Source: Octopus bimaculoides (Eukaryota). Taken from it: 60,681 bases of DNA. The notes beneath the pieces are model-generated. The model searched no databases, was not told where the DNA came from, and saw nothing but the letters and a program-made list of their open reading frames with translations. The position numbers and the translations under genes were made by a program. Of the stretch, positions 40,801 to 53,800 are shown one piece after another; the stretch's first letter is position 1, and the number at the start of each line of letters is the position of its first letter. The stretch spans positions 23,032,422 to 23,093,102 of the forward strand of contig NC_068994.1 in NCBI RefSeq assembly GCF_001194135.2. The letters are read 5' to 3'.

Positions 40801-43800
40801 TAAGGTGCCATCAACAAGGTATGGTATATCACTAAACGAATATTTTAAGCTGAGTGTACCAGTAGTATTATGATCAGAAACCATGATCCTAATGCTTTAA
40901 ATGCAAAAATATCCTTTTTTTGATTTGTAGTATTATAGATACTAGCGGGACCTGTGAATATTTCATAAAATTAATGGTAAACCTATCGGGTTATTTCTGA
41001 AAACTTTATCTAAAAAACCTGAAAGTGTGGCCTGTGTTGTTTCTGTATGGAAAGATAGTCGCTAATCTGCTACTCTTTGAAAAGTGAAAGAAATTGGAAT
41101 ATGATGATTACTTAATGCCCTTTATATACTTTATGCACAATTTTATAGACTTAATGCAGAACACTTATAAAATATTCACTCTTATTTTTCCATTTTCCCC
41201 ATAAAAAAATATCTTGTACATATAATACAACCTTTAGTTAAATTGCATATACCTGCCACGTAAATAAGCATGAATATTTCACGGAATCACAATGATGTGC
41301 ATGTTTTAAGTGATAGGTAATATAAAAGACTTAGTTCAATTAAAAAAAAAAGCACTTTTCACTATCCCATCATCACCCCTCCCCCCACACCACCTCCATC
41401 GCCACCACAACCACCATTATCATCTCTCTCTCCCTCTCCTCTCTTTTCCACCTCTCTCTTCTCTCTTTTCCTTCTCTGTGTGCCTTTCTTTAACCTCACC
41501 ATCAGAACATCACCTCCCTGCTAAAGTTATATTTTTAACTCTCCTCCTCTGCCTTCAACTAACTATTTTTAACCACATAATAAATATCACGTTTCCCCTA
41601 CCTCACATCATGGATGCTTCTCTGTCCCTCTTTTTTTTTCTCCCTCTTTCTATCTTACTCTTCGTCTTATCCTCCTTTTTCTTTCTGCTCTCTTTCTTTC
41701 AACTAATCACATGAAAGCATTACAATTACATTCCCTCTACCTCATGTCATGGACGTTTCCCTCTCTCTCATTTTTCTCTCCTTCTTTTCTTTCTCCTTCT
41801 TTTTCTCTAATCATGTGAAAGTGTTATTGAAGGGATAAGTAACACAATGACAAGCAGAATTATTATAAGATGTTTCTAAGAAATATCTGTATTTTGGAAC
41901 TCCTAATTGGGACCGATTCTTTCAGTCCTATTTGGAGAGATCCATTAACAAATGATGTGCAGGGCATGATTGTTTGCTTCTGAATGTGTGTAATTGAAAA
42001 TGAGATAGAAAAGAATATGATATGAAGAGGGAAGTGGGGTGAAACCTTGAAGTTGATGTATTCAGAGAGCTCACTTTGACACATTTTGAAAGGATGTGTT
42101 CAGTGGAGACAATATATTTGAAGGGGAATATGTCTGAAGATTTCTGATTGAATTACTTGGAGATAAAAGAAAGGAATAAACATGGATAAGTTGTTGTTAC
42201 CTTGCTTTACCAGGAGCAAAATGGTCAGTCAGCAAGTGATGTTTGAGTCCTTCTTTTGTCCATGCTGAACAATACATCTGAGAAAACAAAATGAATTTTT
42301 TTTTTATAATTCTTTTAATTGTTTCAGTCATTTGACTGCGGCCATGCTGGAGCATCGCCTTGATGTTGAAGTTTTTAAATGAAAAGTAATACTGATTCTG
42401 ATTAAAAGTTTTATTTTAATTTGAATAAAGTTCTTTGAAAGGTTTTAGTTTTCAAGAAATCCAATTATTTTATGATTTGATTATTCATTTTCTATGAATT
42501 GCAATAACGAAGTGTGATGTTTGGTCAACCCAAATTATTTTTTCTTTCACAAAGCAACATCTAAACCATCATTGAGGAAAGTTAATTACTATCAGGGAAT
42601 GAAATAAATTAATGAACCTTACTTGGGCAAAGCTGACATAAAATAACTGTGTTGGTGTCAAATCTAGTCCTGGAAGAGGTTTTTCAATTCCGTTTTCTTC
42701 TGTCCAGAGAAGGTAAGCCTGTCCAATAAAAAAGTTGAGAATGAGGAGTAAGAATTACTTCATTTATGTAGTGAAAATACATACAAGACTTGAATACATT
42801 TTGTGACCATTTGTATACTTTACATCATAATAACAAAGAGTCTTAAGACTTTTCTCATTTGGTTTTAATGAGCATTAGTGGTTTTCAGGAAGCGCATAAC
42901 TTGTAAACTATAGTATGACTAAAGAATCTTTACAGGGCTGTCTGACCTTCTAGAAACAGCAGCCAAATTTCTCTCATATCACACATTATAATCTTAGAAA
43001 AAAGGAAGGACAAAATAGATAATCTACTTCTAGATATCTAAAGAATGACAGGAGGGTCATGGTTGGAATGTTTTTGATCATAGATCTACTTGATCAGCAT
43101 TGAGTTGAAAACCAAACATCAGCCACAACAGCAGCAGCAACAACAATAATAACAACAGCAACCATAACTACTGTTATTGATTTTTCAGAGGCCTAATCTG
43201 ATACATAAGAACTTTTACTGTCTTCAGAATTAGCTGAAGACAATGCAAGACTGTTGCAGATTCATCGCAAAAAGTAAGTCATGTGAGCAATGATAGCAAA
43301 TGTACTTCTGCAGCTTCAAAATGAAGACCAGCATGACATTGATTGTAAGTATCAGTTGTTAAGCAATAAGTAAAAAATATAAAATATGAAGAAATACAAA
43401 TAATGTTGTTGCCCCAATATCAACAAGTCATAGAGATTGAAACTAGGTGCTAGATTGCCAACAAATTATTTTGTGCCATTAATTAGAATTTGTCCATATT
43501 TTACATTTAAAAAAAAATGTTTATATCAGACATTTGTTTTTTGTGTTGTTTATAGGTTTGTAATGTGCCAGTCACTAGTTCACTGTATTTTTGATGGTGA
43601 GAGTGACAAGGGAGTGTTTATGCAACTCAGGTAGAATTAATACCATAATGTATTTTTCTCTGAACAGACTGGCTTTCACTGATAAACAACAGCAAAAGAT
43701 ATAAATGCAAGCCATGCTAGCATATACGTATATGTGTATATATCATTATCATCATCATCATTCTCATTGCCATTCTTAACATCTGCTTTCCATTTTGGCA

Positions 43801-46119
43801 TGGATTGGCAGGCTTAACAGGAACTGACAAGTGAGGAGACTGCCAGGCTGCTTTGGCATGGTTTCTATAGCTGAACGCCCTCCTTCATGCCAACCACTTT
43901 ACAGAGTGTTGTGGAAGCTTTTTACATGGCACCAGCACCAACACCAGCAAGGTTACTAAGTAACTTGCAAGACAAGACTCCCTCAACTGAGTGGGGGAGT
44001 AGTACTGAGGAGGGTGGCTTTGTATCAGGTAATGAGAGGTTGGAGTATGACAAAAGAACTGAAACAGGTGTCTTGCAGTAGAGGAGATAGAAGGCGAGCC
44101 CAGTAGCCATTTATATATATATTTTATATCGCCTACCTAATGCCTCAAATCCTGATAGTAAATCTGAGGAAAGCCTTACAATGATAAAAGAAGTACTAAC
44201 AAAAGTAGATTAATGCATTAATATACTTCTGATTGGTGGCTTCAACTTCCCTAACACAAGATGGCTGGAAGGTGGCATACTCTCAGGAATGCCATGTGAA
44301 GAGCACAGTCAAGCAGAGTCTCTGCTTGATCTCATTTAAATGGTGTTCATGGAGCAAACCATACTCTTCCCAACCAGAAACAGTAACATATTAGACCTCT
44401 GCTTCACCAGCAATATGGAACATATCCACATGTGAACATATCACTGACAATCTTCTCAGATCACAACAATAAGAGAAAATTGCTTTCTAAAGACTATAAT
44501 AGCATTTACTGTTGGTAATATCTCTATTATCAAGTTAAATGAGCTGTTGAAGAGTTGTCAGACACTGAATAATTCTATATACTAGATGACAACAAATATT
44601 CAAGTTGATTAGAAAAGTTTTAGAGTAGAAATTAAAAAAAAAGTCTGAATTAGCTAACAAACCACTAGCTATTGTTTTATGAGATCTGAGATAAACTTAC
44701 AACATAGGCAGCACGTAAACCTCCATTGTCAGCTATATTTTCGTCAAGTGTCACCTCGCCATCAACCTAGGAGTAAACAGAAGAAAATATCAATACATCT
44801 TCTTGTATGAATACATTGATTAATTAAAGAGTACCAAAGTTAATTAGATTAATCAAAGTATAAAATGTAGAAAAACTTCAATACTTACATACAAATGTTC
44901 CACTTGATATGAACTGTAAGTTTTCCGAACACATTGTGTTGTGATGTTAAACTTTTTAGCCGTGTCTGGATTCCACCAGTTGCGTAACTGTCCATTTCCA
45001 TCATAATGCATTCCTTTATATATTGGTAAAGAACTACTTTTAGAATACATTCAGTTATTTACTATTCCTACATATAGTCATTCACATACATAGCGTAATA
45101 TATATAAATATTTGTATGAATATAATATATGTGTCTGTGTGTGTGTGTACACATATACATACATACATATGTACATATAAACAAACATATGTATGTGTGA
45201 GTGAGAGTAGCTACAGTAAAGTTAAATGATTAAGCTGTTCTCTTTGCACCCATGAGATATGGGTTTGCTCTCACTGCATCACACTTTGAAACTTAAAGTA
45301 CTAAACTGTTTTGATCCATACATGTAACTCCCAATGTGTATATAAGTCTGTGTGGAAAGAGGTTGTTCTTTCCAAGTATACACCAGTTTAGCAAATATAT
45401 TGATTATTCTGTGTATACATTTTCAATTTTCCTTGCATTGTTTTATATATATATATATATACTTTCTTAATCTATAAGTTTGCTCCTGTTAATATGTATA
45501 TGCATGTATGTTTTTGACTATATCATATATGTGTATTTATATTTATGTGTGTATGTGTGTGTGTATGTATATGCATTTATTTGTATATATTTGTATATGG
45601 TTGCTTATTTGTTTATATATTGTGAGTGGAAATGACTAGCAGGCAAGTGTCCAGTACTGAGGATGGGTAAGGCCCCAGAAACCAGTTCTAGTTTACTGGT
45701 CTTGCCATGCTGGAGGGAAGTGGTTTACTCCCTTACTCAGTATATCAGACACAGGTTGTCTGTCGTTAACCAGCTGGAAAAGATGTTTTCCTGGAGTTAA
45801 AAAGTAGTAACATAGTTCTGTATGGAACAGCCATGCTGAAGTGGCAACAAACATTACATTTTAGTATCATTAATACTTGTATCTCTTTTAGAGATTTTAG
45901 CACTTTGTAAATTAGGTCATCCATATTCTTTCATTCTTTTACTTGTTTCAGTCATTTGACTGTGGCCATGCTGGATTTATTCTTTGTAAGCCTAGTACTT
46001 ATTCTATCAGTCTCTTTTGTTGAACCACTAATTGACGGAGACGTAAACTCACCAACATCGGTTGTCAAGCGATGATGGAGAGGCAAACACAGGCACAAAC
46101 AACAAACACATACATACAC

Positions 46120-46158
<39 letters not shown>

Positions 46159-46806
46159 TATATGACGGGCTTCTTTCAGTTTCCGTCTACCAAATCTACT
46201 CACAAGGCTTTGGTTGGCCTGAGGCTATAGTAGAAGACACTTGCTCAAGGTGCTACGCAGTGGGACTGAACCCGGAACCATGTGGTTGGGAAGCAAGCTT
46301 CTTACCACACAACCACTCCTGTGCCTGTATGTTTAGGATTTTGTTATTGTTTCTCTTCTGTTTTGATGTATTTAACCTTTTTGCATTATGATTACTCTGC
46401 CTAGTGTAATAATTTTTCATCCATGATGTTTTGAATTAATCATGCATTATTTTGGAGCTTTGAGACTTCAATGATGTTATTGTGTAATTATTTCAATAGT
46501 GTTTCACAATGAGGTTATTATTCATTTGGTGGTGTTTATCTTCATGAAACAGCTGGTGAACACAATCAATTTATGCACTATGTGTGAAATTTATGCTTTT
46601 CTGCTAAATATATATATAAAGAGATTAGTGTTGATCTGTGTCAGCAAGGCTTTTATTTACTAAAATCAACAAAAAGAGTTCAGTGAACTTACTATGGGGA
46701 TTGGAAGATCCAATGTTTGAGACAAAAATCCTTCTTTGACAGAAAAATTGTCAGAAGAGAATTTTCCATTCCCCATGGTTAGTTCACTGAACTCTTTTTG
46801 TTGATT

Positions 46807-46838
<32 letters not shown>

Positions 46839-47760
46839 CAGAGATACATACATACATGCATACATACACACACACACACACATCACTTCAACCACATATT
46901 TACAAACACTGGAATCTTAACTCAAAAAGTTTTGTTGTTTTGTTAGTGTTGCTTTGTTAGCGACCTGCTTGAACTCTCTCAAGAACTTCAATAAAAGTAA
47001 AATAAAAATTTTACGTACATATGCATACACACATACACATACATTCATACACACATACATACATATTGAGTTACATTGCAAATATATTTTAAGTTGACAT
47101 AATCTTACTAATTGTGCCATTTACATTTGAGGAATGATAAGATAGAATTCAATACTGCTCACTGATTGCATCAGACTGTAGGGTGAATCTAATTAGCAAC
47201 TAATAGTACTTCTTATAATTATAGAGTTGCTTTTCAATTTTCCTAGGATACAAATTGGCTCAGTAATGGTAAGAGAGAAAGTGCCACATGTTCTTTTATG
47301 ATTTATTCTGGTTATTCATTGTCCTACTCTGGTTTTCACGTCTTGTATGGCACTTCATGCATTTGCATTTTTTAAACTGTGCTTCCTTAAAAAATACCAA
47401 ACCCATTCAGAGTGCTGCATATGCACATACATTCTTATATCAATAGAGAGTAGTGTGGCATATACTTACCCCTGATGCCAAATGCATGTGTTATTTCATG
47501 TCCTATAACTGATCCTATGGCACCAAAGTTCAGAGATCTGAAAATAATGACGAGAATGTGAGATAGAAAGTCATTCTAGAACAAATATTGTTGGTTAGCT
47601 GCAGGTCATACATGATTAGGCACCCATGATCAAAAGGAGGTATGTGTGGGGGGATATCGGGGAATAGGGAAAAGATGATAGAAGAATTAGAGGAGTGTGT
47701 ATATATATATATCATCATCATCATCATCATTGTTTAACGTCTGATTTCCATGCTGGCATG

Positions 47761-47791
<31 letters not shown>

Positions 47792-48683
47792 NNNNNNNNN
47801 NNNNNNNNNNNNNNNNNNNNNNNNNNNNNNNNNNNNNNNNNNNNNNNNNNNNNNNNNNNNNNNNNNNNNNNNNNNNNNNNNNNNNNNNNNNNNNNNNNNN
47901 NNNNNNNNNNNNNNNNNNNNNNNNNNNNNNNNNNNNNNNNNNNNNNNNNNNNNNNNNNNNNNNNNNNNNNNNNNNNNNNNNNNNNNNNNNNNNNNNNNNN
48001 NNNNNNNNNNNNNNNNNNNNNNNNNNNNNNNNNNNNNNNNNNNNNNNNNNNNNNNNNNNNNNNNNNNNNNNNNNNNNNNNNNNNNNNNNNNNNNNNNNNN
48101 NNNNNNNNNNNNNNNNNNNNNNNNNNNNNNNNNNNNNNNNNNNNNNNNNNNNNNNNNNNNNNNNNNNNNNNNNNNNNNNNNNNNNNNNNNNNNNNNNNNN
48201 NNNNNNNNNNNNNNNNNNNNNNNNNNNNNNNNNNNNNNNNNNNNNNNNNNNNNNNNNNNNNNNNNNNNNNNNNNNNNNNNNNNNNNNNNNNNNNNNNNNN
48301 NNNNNNNNNNNNNNNNNNNNNNNNNNNNNNNNNNNNNNNNNNNNNNNNNNNNNNNNNNNNNNNNNNNNNNNNNNNNNNNNNNNNNNNNNNNNNNNNNNNN
48401 NNNNNNNNNNNNNNNNNNNNNNNNNNNNNNNNNNNNNNNNNNNNNNNNNNNNNNNNNNNNNNNNNNNNNNNNNNNNNNNNNNNNNNNNNNNNNNNNNNNN
48501 NNNNNNNNNNNNNNNNNNNNNNNNNNNNNNNNNNNNNNNNNNNNNNNNNNNNNNNNNNNNNNNNNNNNNNNNNNNNNNNNNNNNNNNNNNNNNNNNNNNN
48601 NNNNNNNNNNNNNNNNNNNNNNNNNNNNNNNNNNNNNNNNNNNNNNNNNNNNNNNNNNNNNNNNNNNNNNNNNNNNNNNNNNN

Positions 48684-48724
<41 letters not shown>

Positions 48725-51116
48725 TACTGTGGCCCTTCTTCCGAGAAAAATGGTAGATGAAAAAGCGCCATAGGGAAGAAAAGCTCATTTCTAATTGGTG
48801 AATAGAAAGGGCTGACTGTGACTGGTGGAGATATCCATCTGAAGAGAAATCAATTAATTACAAAGATTGATATGTGTACAGTATTAGTAAATATATTTAA
48901 TCACCAAACGCACGCTGAAGCAACATATAAAATGTAGTCTTACTGAAATAAGGAAGTTTTTGTTAGCTAGAGTCTCATATTGATACATCAACTCATTAAT
49001 ATTGTATATCATATTTTGTAAACAATAGTGTTGTTGATTACAGTTTTCCACTGTGGCAATCATTGGTTCAGTTAATTTCTGATGGTGAAGGTGATGAGGG
49101 GGTGCCAATGATTTTCATATTCAGTGCATACAATGCCCCCCCCCCTACACACACACAATCACACTCTCATTGTGTGTGTATATATATATATATATATAAA
49201 CAAATAGCAACAGATAGATTGTGGTCCACTCACTACAGCTATTTCAGATGTATTTTTTATTGATGAATAGAATTATTGCATCATGTGAAAAAACTGTTTT
49301 CATCAGGTGAATATATGTCTGAATTAAACATTTCAAAACATCTTAAATTCCCAAGTGAGTGCCATTCAAGTCTCTCCAATGAAATTTGGTCAGAGGGTGA
49401 TTACACTCCTCTAGTTTGTTTGTACTCTATAAAGAGGAAGCCTTTAGGTGACTGGAATGAGGAGGGGAGTGAAAAGTAATTATAGTGGGAGGATGAATGT
49501 GGAATAGGAGATGAAAAGTGTATATTGCATTCTACCTCATGAAAAAAAATTATAAATTAGTTGTTATTTTATTTTATTTTAATCTATAAATAGCTAGACA
49601 ACAGAGTTCCTGTGGGGTGAGGGGGGGGGGGCGGCGGACGCAAAACTCATTAGAAGATAATATAAATCTAAGGCTGGGGACAGATCATTATGTACTTGCA
49701 TACATTCATTTGTGTACAAAGATAAAAGGAGATATAATAATATACCAGCCTATACATACAGTAATAAAGCATACATATACATAAAAATGTACTCTTACGC
49801 ACACACATACCTACACATACCTACACATACATACACACACACACATATATATACATATGTAAATATATATATATTCACATGTACAACCATATATATATAT
49901 ATATATATGCAATTAAATACACACATACACACACATATATATGCAATTAAATACACGCACATACACACACATATATATCTTAGGTTCTGGTAGGGTATAA
50001 AGGTAGGGTGTTTCCAGAGAAGCATTCAACTCAAATTCTGGGCTACCAACACTGTCAGGTTCCAGGTCAATGCCAAAATTCTTCAAGTGTAGAAAATCCT
50101 GGTTTCACAACAGTAACACTGCTGTGTGGGTTTGGCAAAGAGTAAATTATAATCCAAATAATAAGACAAGGGAACTCCTTAACACATCTTCCATGAATTG
50201 CCTCAACTGCCTCTGCACCAAATCAGCCTGCAATGCTAGTCAATGCAAAAATTCAAAGCAAAAATCCATGCAATGTTTGTGGTCTCAAACAATTGAGTAG
50301 TACCTCATCAAACCTGCATCAAAGGGTGCACTTTCACATTGTGCGCATTGTGAAAGTGCACTCCCAATGCAAGTCTGATGATAAGAATAAGAATAGAGAG
50401 AATCACATCTTTAATTGGTGATTATGAAGTACATTATCAATGATTGTTTCTTAATTCTTTATTGCCCACAAGGGGCTAAACATAGAGGGAACAAACAAGG
50501 ACAAACAAAGTGTGTAACTGGTATTTAATTTATCAATCCCGAAAGGATGAAAGGCAAAGTCAACCTCAGTGGAATGAACTCAGAACGTAACGGCAGACGA
50601 AATACAGTAAAGCATTTCGCCACCTTTTTAGATTGTTTCTATTTTGCCAGCATATTTAGATTCAGGAAAAGGTATAAAATACCAGTCGAATTAACATATT
50701 CAAAAATATATGCTAACACAACATTATCAAAACAATCCAAAATTGGTTAAATTCAAAGTGAACCAAGAAAATATCTCCAATACGTGAACAGATACAAAAA
50801 GAACATGAAGAAATATAATATTCATAGAAAAAACAGTTTCGTATCTAACTTTTGCTAATGTCAACGAAAGAATAAAAGATAAACAGAAATTTCTTAAAAT
50901 TCTTCTACACGATATTTGGATTTACTTGCCATACATGAAGAATTACCTTGGATGTTAATTATACTTGCATTTATTGGTATCTGATTGTTGGATATAATTA
51001 ACCAAAATCGTTTAACACTGAGTGCTTTATAGATATCTGCCTGGATTTATTAATCCCTTTTATTTCTTATATATATATATATATATATAATAATACGAAT
51101 AATATACATATATATA

Positions 51117-51158
<42 letters not shown>

Positions 51159-53753
51159 ATCATCATCATCATCATTGTTTAACGTCTGCTTTCCATGCTA
51201 GCATGGGTTGGACGATTTGACTGAGGACTGGCGAACTGGATGGCTGCACCAGGCTCCAATCTGATCTGGCAGAGTTTCTACAGCTGGATGCCCTTCCTAA
51301 CACCAACCACTCCGAGAGTGTAGTGGGTGCTTTTATGTTCCACCAGCATGAGGATCAGTCTGGTGGTACTGGCAACGACCAGGCTCAAATGGTGTTTTTT
51401 ACGTGCCACCTGGACAGGAGTCAGTCCAGCAGCACTGGCAATGATCTCACTCAAATGTTTTGTTCACATGCCACCAGCACAAGTGCCAGTAAGACGACAC
51501 TGGTAACGATCACGCTCAAATGGTGCGTTTTCCGTGCCACCGGCACAGAGGCTGCTCTGGCAGTGATCCCGCTCGGATGATGCTGTTAGTGCTCCACTGG
51601 CACGGGTGCCAGTCATCAAATTTGGTTCGATTTTGAATTCGATTGGGTGTGTGGAATAGAGTAGGTAATTATGTACTGCATATGTTTCTAAGAAAAGTTG
51701 ACTGAAGCTTATGTAACATTAGGTTATTACATATATGTTCAGCTCCCTTTTCTTTAGGTACATTTACCTTTTGTTTACAAAGTTCATTGTTGAAAAAAGT
51801 AGGTTTGATACATATATNNNNNNNNNNNNNNNNNNNNNNNNNNNNNNNNNNNNNNNNNNNNNNNNNNNNNNNNNNNNNNNNNNNNNNNNNNNNNNNNNNN
51901 NNNNNNNNNNNNNNNNNNNNNNNNNNNNNNNNNNNNNNNNNNNNNNNNNNNNNNNNNNNNNNNNNNNNNNNNNNNNNNNNNNNNNNNNNNNNNNNNNNNN
52001 NNNNNNNNNNNNNNNNNNNNNNNNNNNNNNNNNNNNNNNNNNNNNNNNNNNNNNNNNNNNNNNNNNNNNNNNNNNNNNNNNNNNNNNNNNNNNNNNNNNN
52101 NNNNNNNNNNNNNNNNNNNNNNNNNNNNNNNNNNNNNNNNNNNNNNNNNNNNNNNNNNNNNNNNNNNNNNNNNNNNNNNNNNNNNNNNNNNNNNNNNNNN
52201 NNNNNNNNNNNNNNNNNNNNNNNNNNNNNNNNNNNNNNNNNNNNNNNNNNNNNNNNNNNNNNNNNNNNNNNNNNNNNNNNNNNNNNNNNNNNNNNNNNNN
52301 NNNNNNNNNNNNNNNNNNNNNNNNNNNNNNNNNNNNNNNNNNNNNNNNNNNNNNNNNNNNNNNNNNNNNNNNNNNNNNNNNNNNNNNNNNNNNNNNNNNN
52401 NNNNNNNNNNNNNNNNNNNNNNNNNNNNNNNNNNNNNNNNNNNNNNNNNNNNNNNNNNNNNNNNNNNNNNNNNNNNNNNNNNNNNNNNNNNNNNNNNNNN
52501 NNNNNNNNNNNNNNNNNNNNNNNNNNNNNNNNNNTATATATATATATGATATTATTTGTATTATTTTTTAATTGAATGCCACGCATCCATTTCGAAGTAA
52601 GTTTATGTATATACACACACACAATATTTTGTGTCTATTACCAATGTATACAAGTGAGGCTGTATATTTGGTTCTATTTTGCTCCTTTTCCAAAAGTGCT
52701 GTCATGCTTGTATCTATTCTATCACCATGCCTAGCTGGTGTCATTTTGTGGGTGTTGTACATCATACACTGTCAAGGTTTGGACCTAAAACAAGCAGCAT
52801 ATATCTTAACAAATGTAGAACATTTAAGAAGTATGTTATGCTTGTTTCCTGAATTTTGATAATATTTAGTTCCAGGTTAGCCCTCATTGAGCATGTTTGA
52901 AATGAGAAGCATTTCAAACATGACCATCTGTCATTTCTTTTTATTTGTTATAGATGTAGTATATCAAAGAATACATTATCCAATGTGTCCTCTGTTCATT
53001 ATCCTCCTCCTCCTCCCCTGCTACCCATCATCATCGTTGTTATCATTATCATTGTTGTTGCTTTAACATCTATTTTTCCATGCTTGCATGGTTTAGATGA
53101 AAATAAGTTGGGGCAGAGCTTTCTATAGCTGGATGCTGTTCCTGATACCATCACTTGCCAGTTTCCCGGTTCAGGTTATAAACTCCCTGTTTATTGAACA
53201 ACAAACAACCCAGACATGTTTACATGGAGAATTGGAAACAAACAACACTGGTTGAATGTACTTTTTTTGTTTACAAATGTCACACATGACATCTGGGCAT
53301 CTTTTTTGCAGTGAGACTGCAAGCATACAACATCTTTTGCTTGTGTATCCATTGTTTACAATCAATGAACACAAATGAAGATGAGAAATATGACCTCACT
53401 CATGTGTGCACGTGTGCGTTTGCACACACACACACACACATGTATTTATGTACGATGAGCCTGCCAATTCTACTCACAAGGCTTTGGTTGGTCTGGGATT
53501 GTAGTAGAAGACACTCAAGATGCAATCCAATGGGACTGAACTCAAAACCACATGGTTGGGAAACAAACTTCTGAACAACACAGCCATATTTGCACTTATA
53601 TTTATGTACACTAATGACCTCTCATTCCACACCATGCTACACCATTAATATTGATTGACTTATTGCCACTTCTTGTATCAAATTAATGAGAATGATTCAG
53701 ACAAATGGCTTCTGATGCTGGATTAATGATATTAACTCATTGCTTAGTCTGTA

Positions 53754-53800
<47 letters not shown>

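Noticed and set aside
46165-46326. tRNA gene
   Set aside because: A-box- and B-box-like motifs only, no cloverleaf evident, and repeated many times as a SINE head.
49285-49380. YSPDENS on the minus strand resembling YSPxxN
   Set aside because: Wrong spacing from Trp, followed by a stop, and no splice sites.
51765-51817. IKPTFFNNE as a possible LQPPFF exon
   Set aside because: No acceptor, and the true segment is at 48728-48838.
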